Shown: positions 40,219 to 49,902 of the stretch, in pieces
Numbering within the stretch: the first letter of the stretch is position 1
How the letters are laid out: each line of letters starts with the position of its first letter
Sequence record: DRR378314_1792
Length of the DNA stretch: 64,000 nucleotides
Direction: 5' to 3' (one strand)
The notes under the pieces: generated by a model
Seen by the model: the letters and a program-made list of their open reading frames with translations, nothing else
What the model was told of the DNA's origin: nothing
The model's database searches: none
Position numbers and translations under genes: made by a program

Positions 40219-41217
40219 ATGTCTCGTATCTTTTCTGGTGTTCAACCAACCGGTAATCTTCATCTTGGCAATTATTTGGGGGCGATCCGTAACTTCGTTC
40301 GCCTTCAGGATAACTACGAATGTATCTATTGTGCAGTTGATATGCACGCCATCACGATCTGGAAGGATCCAGAGGAACTGAGACGGAACATCCGTGAAGT
40401 TGCAGCCGCCTACCTGGCGTCCGGCGTTGATCCTGAAAAATCCATCATTTGCGCGCAAAGCAGCGTTCCGGCTCATGCAGAACTGGCCTGGATTTTTAAT
40501 TGTGTGGTGCGCATTGGCTGGTTGAACCGCATGACCCAGTTCAAAGAAAAAGCTGGCAAGAACCGGGAAAATGCATCTTTGGGCCTCTATGCTTACCCAT
40601 CTTTGATGGCAGCAGACATCCTGGCTTACAAAGCCACACATGTTCCCGTCGGTGAAGATCAAAAGCAACATCTGGAGCTAACCCGGGATATCGCCCAGAA
40701 ATTCAATAATGATTACGAAACCGAAACATTTCCGCTGGTTGAACCTCTGATTTTGGGTGAAGCGACCCGGGTCATGTCACTTCGAGACGGCACTAAAAAA
40801 ATGTCTAAGTCTGATCCCAGTGATTATTCCAGGATCGTCCTGACGGATGGCAAGGATGAACTGGCCAAAAAACTTCGCAAAGCACGGACAGATGCAGACC
40901 CTCTGCCAGAAAAAGTCGAAGACCTCGCGGATCGGCCAGAAGCCTCAAATCTGGTTGGAATATACGCTGCCCTTGCAGATGTCAGCAAAGCCGATGTGCT
41001 GAAAGAGTATGCGGGATCCCAATTTTCCACTTTCAAACCAGCCCTTACTGAACTGGCCGTTGAAAAATTTGGTCCGATTGGGGAGGAAATGAAACGTCTG
41101 ATGGCGGATCCCGGCCACGTGGATGCGGTCCTAAAACAAGGTTCCGAAAGGGCCCGGGCCATTGCAGACCCGATCGTTAAAGAGGTTAAGGAAACCGTCG
41201 GTTTTCTGATCCCCTAG
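40219..41217 (+). CDS. trpS: Tryptophanyl-tRNA synthetase
   Basis: [23 protein letters not shown]. Confidence 0.98.
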   Translation: MSRIFSGVQPTGNLHLGNYLGAIRNFVRLQDNYECIYCAVDMHAITIWKDPEELRRNIREVAAAYLASGVDPEKSIICAQSSVPAHAELAWIFNCVVRIGWLNRMTQFKEKAGKNRENASLGLYAYPSLMAADILAYKATHVPVGEDQKQHLELTRDIAQKFNNDYETETFPLVEPLILGEATRVMSLRDGTKKMSKSDPSDYSRIVLTDGKDELAKKLRKARTDADPLPEKVEDLADRPEASNLVGIYAALADVSKADVLKEYAGSQFSTFKPALTELAVEKFGPIGEEMKRLMADPGHVDAVLKQGSERARAIADPIVKEVKETVGFLIP

Positions 41218-41226
41218 TTTCTATGT

Positions 41227-41261
41227 CGGTGAGGCAAGACTTGTAAGTCTCTGCCTTACCG
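41227..41261 (+). terminator. Long stem-loop after trpS (terminator or stabiliser)
   Basis: CGGTGAGGCA-AGACT-TGTA-AGTCT-C-TGCCTTACCG, followed by a weak U-rich tract. Confidence 0.6.
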
Positions 41262-41302
41262 CCTACATTTTCTTCAGACAATTATAAAGACAGGAAGATG
41301 AA

Positions 41303-42271
41303 ATGAGCGAAATTGGAACAGGCGGTAAAACTCCAATCAGCAAGAAAATTTCCTTCCGGGGCCACCTGAGTAAAATCGGATTGATCCTTTTAGCCTGTAT
41401 TATCCTTTATTATGCCATTGGTATGATCTGGGTTCATAAGATTGATGACGAAATCAAATTTACACCCGCAAAAGAACACCAGACGGCTGGTGGAAGCTTG
41501 GCTGTGGATGTAGCCGCGGCCCTTATAAACCGCGAAATAAACGAAAATAGCTGGACGTCCAACGATCCGTTTTTTATGCCGGCTGCATTGTTGGATAATA
41601 TGCCCAACTATCAGCAGGGCATTATTTCCGCATTGGCCCGTTTTAGTTTTGAACTGACTGATCAGATCGGGCGGACGCGGGGGTCCAGTCAGACTGATCC
41701 TGACCTTCAAAACGCGGCTGGCCTGCTTCAATATGCCGGAGACGTCTGGAGTTGGGATCCAACTGTATCGCTTCTTCCAACGGCTTCCTCTGAAAAGCAG
41801 TATGAAAAAGCCCGAAAATCATTACTTTCCTATAATCAACGGCTTGCAGACGGCCGGGCGGTGTTTGAAAAACGCGGTGATAATCTCCTGGCAACCATTG
41901 ATCGGTTTGCCCTGGATATCGGCTCGTCAACGGCAGTGATCGACACGCATGTTGCGGAACATTCCGGCGCCTATATTGATTTTCAGGCTGACGATCTTTT
42001 TTATGGCTTCAAAGGGCAGGCTTATGCGTATTACATGATTTTGGAGGCTTTGGGCACCGACTATGAAAACCTCATCCGAGAGCGCGAGCTTGGCAATGCC
42101 TGGGCTCAAATGCTGGGCAGTTTCAGGTCCGTTATCGAACTTGACCCCTATGTTATCTCCAATGCAAAAAATGATGGTCAACTCTTCCCCAACCATTTGG
42201 CTACACAAGGTTTCTATATCCTCAGAGCCCGAACTCAGCTCCGCGAAATCAGCAACATTCTCTTGAAATAA
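41303..42271 (+). CDS. DUF2333-like membrane-anchored protein
   Basis: N-terminal TM; LDNMPNYQQG, R(T)RGSSQTDPDL, DDLFY, NHLATQGFY pattern. Confidence 0.8.
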   Translation: MSEIGTGGKTPISKKISFRGHLSKIGLILLACIILYYAIGMIWVHKIDDEIKFTPAKEHQTAGGSLAVDVAAALINREINENSWTSNDPFFMPAALLDNMPNYQQGIISALARFSFELTDQIGRTRGSSQTDPDLQNAAGLLQYAGDVWSWDPTVSLLPTASSEKQYEKARKSLLSYNQRLADGRAVFEKRGDNLLATIDRFALDIGSSTAVIDTHVAEHSGAYIDFQADDLFYGFKGQAYAYYMILEALGTDYENLIRERELGNAWAQMLGSFRSVIELDPYVISNAKNDGQLFPNHLATQGFYILRARTQLREISNILLK

Positions 42272-42322
42272 TCCGATTTTTAATGTCAGGATAAAGCTGG
42301 CGGAAACAAATTTGGAGACCCC

Positions 42323-42811
42323 ATGACTGACGGTGCCCCTTCACCAAGCCGACGGAACAAGTTCCTGGTCGTGGTAGATGACACCCCTGAGTGCAAATCA
42401 GCGATCCGGTTCGCCTGCCGCCGTGCGTGGCATGTTGGCAGCAATGTCATCCTGCTTAAAGTCATTGAACCCCCTGATTTTCAACATTGGGTAGGGGTAG
42501 AACAGGTTATGCGCGAAGAAGCCCATGAAGCCGCAGAAGAACTTCTGCAAAATCTGGCAGAGGAAATCCGTCAAGACACTAATCTGGTTCCAGAATTTGT
42601 CATTCGCGACGGCTACATCAAGGATGAATTGATCGCCCTGATCGAAGAAGATCGGGATATTCGCATTCTGGTATTGGCCGCCTCTCCTGATTCAGGGGGT
42701 CCCGGACCCTTGGTCAAAAGTCTGGTTGGCGATATGTCCGGCACTTTTGCCATTCCCATCACCGTAGTGCCCGGCAACATGAGCAACAGTCAGCTGGATG
42801 CAGTCACTTGA
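42323..42811 (+). CDS. Universal stress protein
   Basis: FLVVVDDTPEC, ILVLAA..GPGPLV, IPITVVPG; conserved near trpS in Alphaproteobacteria. Confidence 0.9.
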   Translation: MTDGAPSPSRRNKFLVVVDDTPECKSAIRFACRRAWHVGSNVILLKVIEPPDFQHWVGVEQVMREEAHEAAEELLQNLAEEIRQDTNLVPEFVIRDGYIKDELIALIEEDRDIRILVLAASPDSGGPGPLVKSLVGDMSGTFAIPITVVPGNMSNSQLDAVT

Positions 42812-42928
42812 ACTGAGATAGCTGATTCGCCGCTTTTTCCCGCAGATTTGCCAGATCTGCTTTTTGGCACTTCGATTAAATCCTTGATAATCAAATCGGA
42901 ATCCCCACATGGTCGACCGGGCTTGCAA

Positions 42929-42943
42929 TTAACCTTTTCTTAA
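42929..42943. promoter_or_regulatory. CtrA box within a candidate promoter spacer
   Basis: TTAA-CCTTTTC-TTAA inside TTGCAA-N17-CATAGT (42923-42951). Confidence 0.7.
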
Positions 42944-42994
42944 TCCATAGTCCGCCCCGCTTTGGATGAATTCTCCTCAAATTTTAGGGGAATT

Positions 42995-43042
42995 TTACCT
43001 TATTTAGTATTTAGAAGAGCTTGCACACACAAAATATAGTGG
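42995..43042. promoter_or_regulatory. Tandem NrdR-like boxes, 32 bp apart
   Basis: TTACCTTATTTAGTAT (42995-43010) and ACACAAAATATAGTGG (43027-43042) versus consensus acaCwAtATaTwGtgt; second box fills the spacer of TTGCAC-N16-TATATT. Confidence 0.55.
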
Positions 43043-43087
43043 TATATTTCGAAATCACGGAAATACTCTGTGTAGCAGTTGATAGGC

Positions 43088-44131
43088 ATGAACCAGATAT
43101 TTAAAGCACTGAAATCAGGCAAGGTTGCAACGCTTGTGGCTTTGGCAATTTTGATCGGCTACGGAATTACCGAATTGGGTGATCATCCGTCCCTATATGC
43201 GAATGCAAAACTGCCCACAGCGCCGTCTTATCCCTCTGATCTGGACTTTACCAGTAACGCAAATCAAGGGTTTGATGGTGTGCCTGTTCCGCTTTCACGT
43301 CCGGCTGAACTGCCCGAAGTGGAACAACCTCATCAGGTTACCGTTGCCTCTTTGGAAAGTAATCTGGACACGCATGCGTTTGACTTGGCAAGTATTCGCG
43401 ATGGTGTCGCTGTGCCCCGGCATTTTGTCGACAGCGTTCCTGCCGATATTCAGGACATTGAAAATGTGAAACGGAAAAAAGCTGTTTTCTTGTCCATCAC
43501 GCTTCCGCTGATCCTGAAGGTCAATGAAAATATCTCGAGCGAGCGCGAAAAGCTGCTTGGGTTGGTTGACAAGGTCAAGATGCGCGAAAGTCTTTCAAAG
43601 TCTGAGAAATCCTGGCTGAAAAAGCTGGCCACCAAATATCGCGCTTCAGACTCGAATTTTTATGAGCTGTTACTGAAAGTGGATAAAATTCCAGTATCGC
43701 TGGCCCTTGCACAAAGCATCGAGGAGTCTGGTTGGGGAACATCCCGCTTTGCCCGAAATGGCAACGCCTTATTTGGTCAGCGGGTTTGGTCCGAAGGACA
43801 TGGCCTGGTTCCCCACGAGCGGGATTCTGGTGAAAAATACGAAGTTAAGAGCTTTGATCACCTGGAACAGTCCATCCGCTCATACGCACTTAACCTCAAT
43901 CGGCATACCGCCTACGGGGATTTCAGAGTTGAACGCGCCCAGCTTCGCGGTGAAAACGCCGTTTTGAATGGCTATGAGCTAGCAGACACATTGGATTCCT
44001 ACTCGGAACGAGGCCATGAATATGTGGAAACATTACAATCCCTCATCAGTTCCAACCGTCTGACGGATTTCGACACGGTCAAACTGGATCAAGCCAGTCT
44101 GGCTCAGGCCTTAAGCCCAGTCAGCAACTGA
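43088..44131 (+). CDS. Bax-like GH73 glucosaminidase (peptidoglycan hydrolase), membrane anchored
   Basis: N-terminal TM; LAQSIEESGWGTSRF, GNALFG, YSERG..Y motifs; start ATG 43088 or TTG 43079. Confidence 0.88.
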   Translation: MNQIFKALKSGKVATLVALAILIGYGITELGDHPSLYANAKLPTAPSYPSDLDFTSNANQGFDGVPVPLSRPAELPEVEQPHQVTVASLESNLDTHAFDLASIRDGVAVPRHFVDSVPADIQDIENVKRKKAVFLSITLPLILKVNENISSEREKLLGLVDKVKMRESLSKSEKSWLKKLATKYRASDSNFYELLLKVDKIPVSLALAQSIEESGWGTSRFARNGNALFGQRVWSEGHGLVPHERDSGEKYEVKSFDHLEQSIRSYALNLNRHTAYGDFRVERAQLRGENAVLNGYELADTLDSYSERGHEYVETLQSLISSNRLTDFDTVKLDQASLAQALSPVSN

Positions 44132-44874
44132 TCTGCACCCGAGGCGATTAAGCTTGTCTCCGAAGCACAGAGCAGAAAATCAAAACCCTCATCAAACAGT
44201 TGGCGCGTTTGCTCAAGACCGCTGGAAATTGTACCAAGCCATTTCCCGCTGGCTTTGATCCGATTCCGGGCATCTGCAAACTGGGCAATAACCTCAGGGT
44301 CTTCAAACTGCCCAAGCTTCCCAATACTACCTGAAAGATCGTAAGGGCCGATAAACAGCATATCGACACCTTCTACTGCAGCAATATCCTCGATATTGGC
44401 AACAGCCTCTGCGGTTTCTATCTGACAAATCAAAAGCAGGTTATCTTCAAAATCTGATAAATATTCTTCGTTCAGCCGCCCATATCGGGTCGCATGGGTC
44501 GCGCTTAGTCCTGCACCTCGAAACCCCCTTGGCGGGAAATAACTAGCTGCCACGGCTAATTCAGCTTCCTTTGCCGTATCCACGCAGGGAAACATAATTC
44601 CCTCCATCCCGGCATCGAGGGCTTTTTTCACATGGACCGGATCATTCCACGGCACCCGAACAAGCGCGCTGGCATCACCTGCATGGCGGATCGCCCGATG
44701 TTGATTTACCAATGCAGAGGGTCCTGCCGGTCCATGTTCCTGATCAATCATGATCCCGTCAAAATCGCAGCCGCCAAGCACTTCCGCCATTTCAACAGAT
44801 TCTGTGAACAACCATGCCCCTGCCGTTTTATTCCCTGCCTGCAGTTTCTTTTTTAGTCGGCCAAGATTTTTCAT
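44104..44874 (-). CDS. HpcH/HpaI class II aldolase
   Basis: IDQEHG, LVRVP, QIETAEA, FIGPYDLS; real start likely ATG 44874. Confidence 0.92.
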   Translation of the reverse strand: MKNLGRLKKKLQAGNKTAGAWLFTESVEMAEVLGGCDFDGIMIDQEHGPAGPSALVNQHRAIRHAGDASALVRVPWNDPVHVKKALDAGMEGIMFPCVDTAKEAELAVAASYFPPRGFRGAGLSATHATRYGRLNEEYLSDFEDNLLLICQIETAEAVANIEDIAAVEGVDMLFIGPYDLSGSIGKLGQFEDPEVIAQFADARNRIKASGKWLGTISSGLEQTRQLFDEGFDFLLCASETSLIASGADQLLTGLKA

Positions 44875-44878
44875 TTTT

Positions 44879-45913
44879 CTACTTTCTCGGAATATAAAAT
44901 AGGTTTCCAAACCAGCGGAACCGCCCATCAGGACCCGGCAACGTACAATTGATCCGACCCCTCCCCGGTTTATAGGCTTGCGATAGACGAATTTCGATCC
45001 GCTCATCCCCAATCATCTGAATTGGAACCGCCCCTCCGGCTTGATTGGAAGAGTAACAGCTCAACTGACTAATGTTGTCGTATTTTTCCGCTAGTGAGAA
45101 ACCAAAAGCGGGTGGGTTTTTTTGCAAGATATTATCCGAAGGGGCTACATTTCGAACCCGAAGGGGCATGGCATTCATGGCCAGCCGGAGCCGCCCGATA
45201 TTCCCGTAATTTTCACTCATGGCAAAACGTGGATAGGCAAATCGATCATGGCCCTTATACATCACCCCGGATTGCTGACCAAATGCTGCAATAAACCCAA
45301 ACTCTTCAATAATTGACTGTATTTCCGTTCCATACTCACCATAGGGATAGGCAAACAAGGACGGTACGAACCCCAGTTTTTCCTGAAATTGCTGGTTCGC
45401 CTGCTTAATTTCGGAAACAACCTGATCTTTGGTCAACTCAGGTAAATGGGCATGTGAAACCGTATGATGACCGATTGTAACCCCGGCATCTGCCAGTTCC
45501 TTAATTTGCGCCCAGTTCATATAATCTGCGCCCGGAGCGTTCACATGGCCAGTTGAGACAAAGACAGTAAAAGGAATTCCTGCTTCTTTTAAAATGGGCC
45601 AGGCTTTTTCGTAAACCGACAGATAGGCATCATCCACGGTAATCGCAACTGTTCGCTCTGGCAACGGAGCGCCCGCTCGAAGACGATCAACAATATCCTC
45701 CAGCGCCGCGATATTATATTTTGTATCCTGAAATTCTTCCATATGGGTTTGGAATTTTTCCATGGAAATACTGGTGGACGGATACTGGTCCTCACCAAAG
45801 CGGTGATACATTAGGACATTCGCCCAATCATCGGCCAATACGGGCGCAGCAAACGCCTGCATGAAAAGAGCCATTAAAAGGCCAAAAAACATCTGTTTGC
45901 ACTTTTTCATCAT
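44879..45913 (-). CDS. Exported NodB/CE4 polysaccharide deacetylase
   Basis: Signal peptide (..PVLA-DD); LMYHRF, AITVDDA, HHTVSH, FAYPYG; extra C-terminal domain. Confidence 0.9.
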   Translation of the reverse strand: MMKKCKQMFFGLLMALFMQAFAAPVLADDWANVLMYHRFGEDQYPSTSISMEKFQTHMEEFQDTKYNIAALEDIVDRLRAGAPLPERTVAITVDDAYLSVYEKAWPILKEAGIPFTVFVSTGHVNAPGADYMNWAQIKELADAGVTIGHHTVSHAHLPELTKDQVVSEIKQANQQFQEKLGFVPSLFAYPYGEYGTEIQSIIEEFGFIAAFGQQSGVMYKGHDRFAYPRFAMSENYGNIGRLRLAMNAMPLRVRNVAPSDNILQKNPPAFGFSLAEKYDNISQLSCYSSNQAGGAVPIQMIGDERIEIRLSQAYKPGRGRINCTLPGPDGRFRWFGNLFYIPRK

Positions 45914-45922
45914 AGCCCCCTT

Positions 45923-46510
45923 TTACTCGGCGTTTACTAGTTTTTCTGCCTGTTTAGGCTCCATCATCCGTGTTCCGGCAGCCCCATCAGATAACGTCGG
46001 ATACCGCCTCGGCCGAAATAACTGATAATGCCACCACTCATTGCGATAAAAATCCCACCCAGCCGATGTCATAATCCCCAGCAGGATAGCTCGGTTCCGT
46101 TGCGCTTCGCCGCCAATGTCAAGATTGCCATGATGAGACATCACTGTCATCGCATCAAAGTCGGTTCCCATCTGAAGCTCCTGCCCCTCCAGATCCAGCA
46201 ACGTTAAATCAACGGCTGCACCGCGCGCATGAGGAGATCCACTGGAAGGTGGGGCCAGGTAATCAGGGTTGGGCGTGTGATCCCAAAGGGCCTGCACAGC
46301 TTCCGTCGGTCGGAACGCGTCAAAAACGCGAAAGCGATATCCCATATCAGCCGCAAGGCTGATTGCCTTTTGCAGAAGTTCTGCGGCTTCCTCGTTCAGG
46401 TAACAGCCATCCCGTGCGTAAATCGGTGCGCCTGTAAAATTATTGAAACCTGCATATCGAATGTCAAATTCGACATCAAAGCCTGATTTGGTAATTTCGA
46501 CTAATTGCAT
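45923..46510 (-). CDS. ddpX: D-Ala-D-Ala dipeptidase (VanX/M15D)
   Basis: YAGFNNFTG, FDAFRP, SPHARGAAVD, EWWH zinc motifs. Confidence 0.92.
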   Translation of the reverse strand: MQLVEITKSGFDVEFDIRYAGFNNFTGAPIYARDGCYLNEEAAELLQKAISLAADMGYRFRVFDAFRPTEAVQALWDHTPNPDYLAPPSSGSPHARGAAVDLTLLDLEGQELQMGTDFDAMTVMSHHGNLDIGGEAQRNRAILLGIMTSAGWDFYRNEWWHYQLFRPRRYPTLSDGAAGTRMMEPKQAEKLVNAE

Positions 46511-46629
46511 ATTTATATTTCAGTACGTAACACGTTTATCCTAAGGGTGAATTAGACCAGACACACACTGCAGGATATGGTACTTGCAGCGAACCGTGAA
46601 GAGACTACTAGGACAGATTTGAGATAGCA

Positions 46630-47331
46630 ATGAAGATACTGGCGATGGATACCGCATTGGAGGCTTGTTCTGTTGCGCTGATGGAGGATGAGACAACCCT
46701 CGCATTTCACCATGAGCTTCGCAAAAGAGGTCATGCTGAAATGCTCATCCCAATCGTAAAAGACCTAATGACCCAAAAAAGTATCTCTTTTACGGATCTT
46801 GATTTAATCGCGGTTACCGTTGGGCCCGGCACTTTCACAGGGCTTAGGATCGGCTTGGCTGCGGCAAGAGGGTTTTCACTTGCAGCTGGCATCCCGTGCG
46901 TTGGGGTCACCACCCTCGAAACACTTGCAGCGCAAACGGCAAAAGAAATTTCTGATCCGCTGGATATCATTCCCGTGATCGATGCCCGCCGGCAGGAGAT
47001 ATATCTTCAGCGTTTCAGGCCCTCTCAAAACAAGAGCATTCAAATCAATGCCATTTCTGAACCCACGGCCTGCCCCATTGATGCCATAGCACCCCTATTA
47101 AACGCAGGCCCGGCGGTACTTGTTGGAAGCGGGCTTCCACTTCTAACCGACCGAAACCTCATTGACCCCTCCCTCCATCAAATCATAGATGAGGAGGCTA
47201 ATCCAGATGCACGGGTTGTGGCATTGCTTGCCAGAACAAGGGCAGAGAACGCAGATCCGCTATCTCCGCCCAACCCTTTATATTTGCGAGCTCCCGATGC
47301 AAAATTGCCTGGCGGCAAGGACCCAGAGTAA
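46630..47331 (+). CDS. tsaB: t6A biosynthesis protein TsaB
   Basis: ILAMDTA, GPGTFTGLRIG, IDARRQE, PLYLR. Confidence 0.95.
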   Translation: MKILAMDTALEACSVALMEDETTLAFHHELRKRGHAEMLIPIVKDLMTQKSISFTDLDLIAVTVGPGTFTGLRIGLAAARGFSLAAGIPCVGVTTLETLAAQTAKEISDPLDIIPVIDARRQEIYLQRFRPSQNKSIQINAISEPTACPIDAIAPLLNAGPAVLVGSGLPLLTDRNLIDPSLHQIIDEEANPDARVVALLARTRAENADPLSPPNPLYLRAPDAKLPGGKDPE

Positions 47332-47334
47332 ATC

Positions 47335-47784
47335 ATGATTTATACGCACGAATTTCTGAATAACAACTCGACGGCTAAATTACTGTCTTCAATGCATACC
47401 CAATGCTTTCGCTCTGGCTGGGATGAAAAAGCATTTGCTGAAATCCTCGCTATGGAAGGCTGCGTTGCGCAAATCACCTTGATGGATGCAGAACCTGTTG
47501 GCTTTGCTGTCTATCGATTGGTTGGTGACGAGACAGAACTTCTGACGATCGGTGTGCTTCCGGTCTCGCGGCGGCGCGGCGCGGCAAAGGCGATGCTAAA
47601 AACGGGTATTCAGCATTTGCGGTATAATAAAATAAAAACACTTTTTCTGGAAGTTGCCGCTTCAAACACCTCCGCAATTTACCTATATCGCAAGTTCGGC
47701 TTTACCAAGGTTGGGATCCGAAAAGGATATTATTCATCCGATGGCGGCAAAGATGATGCCTTGATTCTCTCAACTCGTTTGTAG
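47335..47784 (+). CDS. rimI: Ribosomal protein alanine acetyltransferase
   Basis: RRRGAA, FLEVAASNTSAIYLY, RKGYY, DALIL; follows tsaB. Confidence 0.88.
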   Translation: MIYTHEFLNNNSTAKLLSSMHTQCFRSGWDEKAFAEILAMEGCVAQITLMDAEPVGFAVYRLVGDETELLTIGVLPVSRRRGAAKAMLKTGIQHLRYNKIKTLFLEVAASNTSAIYLYRKFGFTKVGIRKGYYSSDGGKDDALILSTRL

Positions 47785-47907
47785 ATCGAATCAAGCGATT
47801 AAGCATCTGAACAACTGAAAGACCGATAGTTTCAAGTACTGAACCGCTCAATATTTGAACAGTAAAATAAAAAAAATTTTAGTTTCCTCTTTATTATTTT
47901 AACAGTA

Positions 47908-47936
47908 TTGCACATATACATACCATAATTTATAAA
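47908..47936 (+). promoter_or_regulatory. Candidate sigma70 promoter of mucR in an AT-rich tract
   Basis: TTGCAC-N17-TATAAA within very AT-rich 47850-47940. Confidence 0.55.
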
Positions 47937-47968
47937 GCGACATCTATTTGGATGGAGGACCACTGAAA

Positions 47969-48385
47969 GTGTCTGATAAAGTGGAAAAAATGGAGCTACT
48001 GGCTCTTACAACTGATATTGTTACGTCACATCTATCCCGTAACGCCGTCGAGGCTAGTGAAATTCCCGGTCTAATCCGGGAAATATATTCGACGCTTGCA
48101 ACGGTTGGGACTGCTGAGACCGTTAGCGATCGTCCGCAGCCTGCAATTTCAATCCGGAAATCCGTTCAGCCCGACTATATTGTGTGTCTGGAGGACGGGA
48201 AAAAACTGAAAATGCTGAAACGGCATTTGAAAACAGCCTACAATATGACGCCCGAAGAATACCGGCAACGCTGGGGGCTGCCTTCAGATTACCCAATGGT
48301 CGCGCCAAACTACGCGAACCAGCGCCGGAACCTGGCAAAGAAAATCGGGCTTGGAACACGTCGGAAGAAAACCGCCGCGAACTAG
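47969..48385 (+). CDS. mucR: MucR/Ros transcriptional regulator
   Basis: IVCLEDGKKLKMLKRHL, YRQRWGLPSDYPMVAPNY; GTG start after GGAGG. Confidence 0.95.
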   Translation: MSDKVEKMELLALTTDIVTSHLSRNAVEASEIPGLIREIYSTLATVGTAETVSDRPQPAISIRKSVQPDYIVCLEDGKKLKMLKRHLKTAYNMTPEEYRQRWGLPSDYPMVAPNYANQRRNLAKKIGLGTRRKKTAAN

Positions 48386-48463
48386 GTTTCTTTTCTGGAA
48401 TAAGCTAATGTTCCAGTATAAACTTCTCTGTACCACGTATCAAATTGCAGGATTTAAGCTTAA

Positions 48464-48943
48464 ATGCCATCACGGGTTGAGCAACTTTGTATCGACAAAG
48501 GCCTTCGCATGACGGAGCAGCGCAGGACAATTGCGCGCGTTCTGTCAGAGTCAGATGATCATCCAGACGCTGAACTGGTCTACAAGCGAGCTGTCGAGGT
48601 GGATGACACAATCAGCATTTCAACCGTTTATAGAACGGTCAGAATGTTTGAGGAAAACGGAATCCTTGAAAGGCATGACTTTGGCGATGGTCGCGCCCGT
48701 TATGAAGAGGTTTCTGAGCAGCATCATGACCATTTGATCAACATCGAAACGGGGCAGGTTATCGAGTTTACAAGTGACAAGATCGAGGTCCTGCAGCAGG
48801 CTGTTGCCGAGGAATTGGGTTTTGATCTGGTTGACCACCGGCTAGAACTTTATGGGAAGCCTAAAAAAGGGCAGCAACAAAATAAATTGGCTGCAGATGA
48901 ATCCGTGGTTAAAATCAAACATACAAGCCTGCAGAAAAAATAG
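48464..48943 (+). CDS. fur: Fur-family regulator (Fur/Mur)
   Basis: GLRMTEQR, DHPDAE, STVYRTV, HHDHLI, HRLELYG. Confidence 0.93.
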   Translation: MPSRVEQLCIDKGLRMTEQRRTIARVLSESDDHPDAELVYKRAVEVDDTISISTVYRTVRMFEENGILERHDFGDGRARYEEVSEQHHDHLINIETGQVIEFTSDKIEVLQQAVAEELGFDLVDHRLELYGKPKKGQQQNKLAADESVVKIKHTSLQKK

Positions 48944-48987
48944 ACTGTGGGTCCTTTTAGTTTGTGTAAAATAACCTTACGATATTC

Positions 48988-49773
48988 ATGAATCAGATCC
49001 GCGCCGTCATTGTCCTGTTCCTGATCTTTATCTGGACCTTTATTCTCATTCCTCCGCATCTTGTTCTCAGGACAATTTCTCCTTCTCGAAAATATTTGCT
49101 GCCGCAACTGTTTCATCGCGGGTTATGTAAATTGTTACGGCTTCAGGTCGTTGTTCACGGAACCCCCTCAAAAACGCAACCGACCTTGTTTATTATCAAC
49201 CATATTTCCTGGTTGGATATTCCCGTCGTCGGTAGTTATCTGCAAGGTAGTTTTGTTGCAAAAGACGAGGTTTCCAGCTACCCGTTTGTCGGTTATGCGG
49301 CAACGTTGCAGGAGACCATCTTCATTGCCAGAACGCGCCCATCTGTTCGCGACCATAAAGACGGAATGCGCGAACATCTGGAAAATGGGGACAGTATTTT
49401 CCTGTTTCCTGAGGGGACTTCCTCGAATGGTTTGATTTTGCAAGACTTCAAAAGCGCCTATTTTGCTTTGGCGGAACAGCATGTTTCTGAAAAGCCCCTG
49501 GAAGTTCAGCCTGTCACCCTTGCCTATAGCAGCATGGACAAGATGTACATGTCGCGAAACCTGATGAAGAAAATAGCATGGGTTGGCGATGAGGAGTTGA
49601 TCGGACATGTCTGGGAGTTTTTGAAGTCTGGGAAAGTAACAGCCGAACTTCGTTTTCATCCGCCCGTCACAATCGATTCCTATGATTCTCGTAAAGACAT
49701 GGCTGCAGATTGCCAACTGAAGATCGCAGAGGGCCTCTCTAGGGCCATGACCCATCGACCAGAGCCGAAATAA
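48988..49773 (+). CDS. Lysophospholipid acyltransferase (PlsC/OlsA-like)
   Basis: NHISWLD (HX4D), FVAK, FPEGTS. Confidence 0.9.
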   Translation: MNQIRAVIVLFLIFIWTFILIPPHLVLRTISPSRKYLLPQLFHRGLCKLLRLQVVVHGTPSKTQPTLFIINHISWLDIPVVGSYLQGSFVAKDEVSSYPFVGYAATLQETIFIARTRPSVRDHKDGMREHLENGDSIFLFPEGTSSNGLILQDFKSAYFALAEQHVSEKPLEVQPVTLAYSSMDKMYMSRNLMKKIAWVGDEELIGHVWEFLKSGKVTAELRFHPPVTIDSYDSRKDMAADCQLKIAEGLSRAMTHRPEPK

Positions 49774-49902
49774 GGGCGAATTTTGACTTTTTTCATCTAT
49801 TTCTTCATTCTTATGTGGTTAACTGTTAGAAGACGCGGTTTGAATGCAAAACCAACTTTCTGCTCAAACGCGACACCACAATTTTGTGGTCAGTGAGGAC
49901 CA

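Noticed and set aside
40063-40671. 202-aa ORF antisense to trpS, and similar antisense ORFs over infB, nusA, mutS, glnD and the ABC genes
   Set aside because: Opposite-strand shadows with unnatural composition.
45923-46510. VanX-like gene as glycopeptide resistance
   Set aside because: No vanH/vanA/vanRS nearby; Gram-negative host; fits housekeeping DdpX.
46541-46555. CTAA-N7-TTAG between ddpX and tsaB, and TTAA-N7-GTAA at 28933-28947
   Set aside because: Degenerate CtrA-like matches in AT-rich DNA; likely chance.
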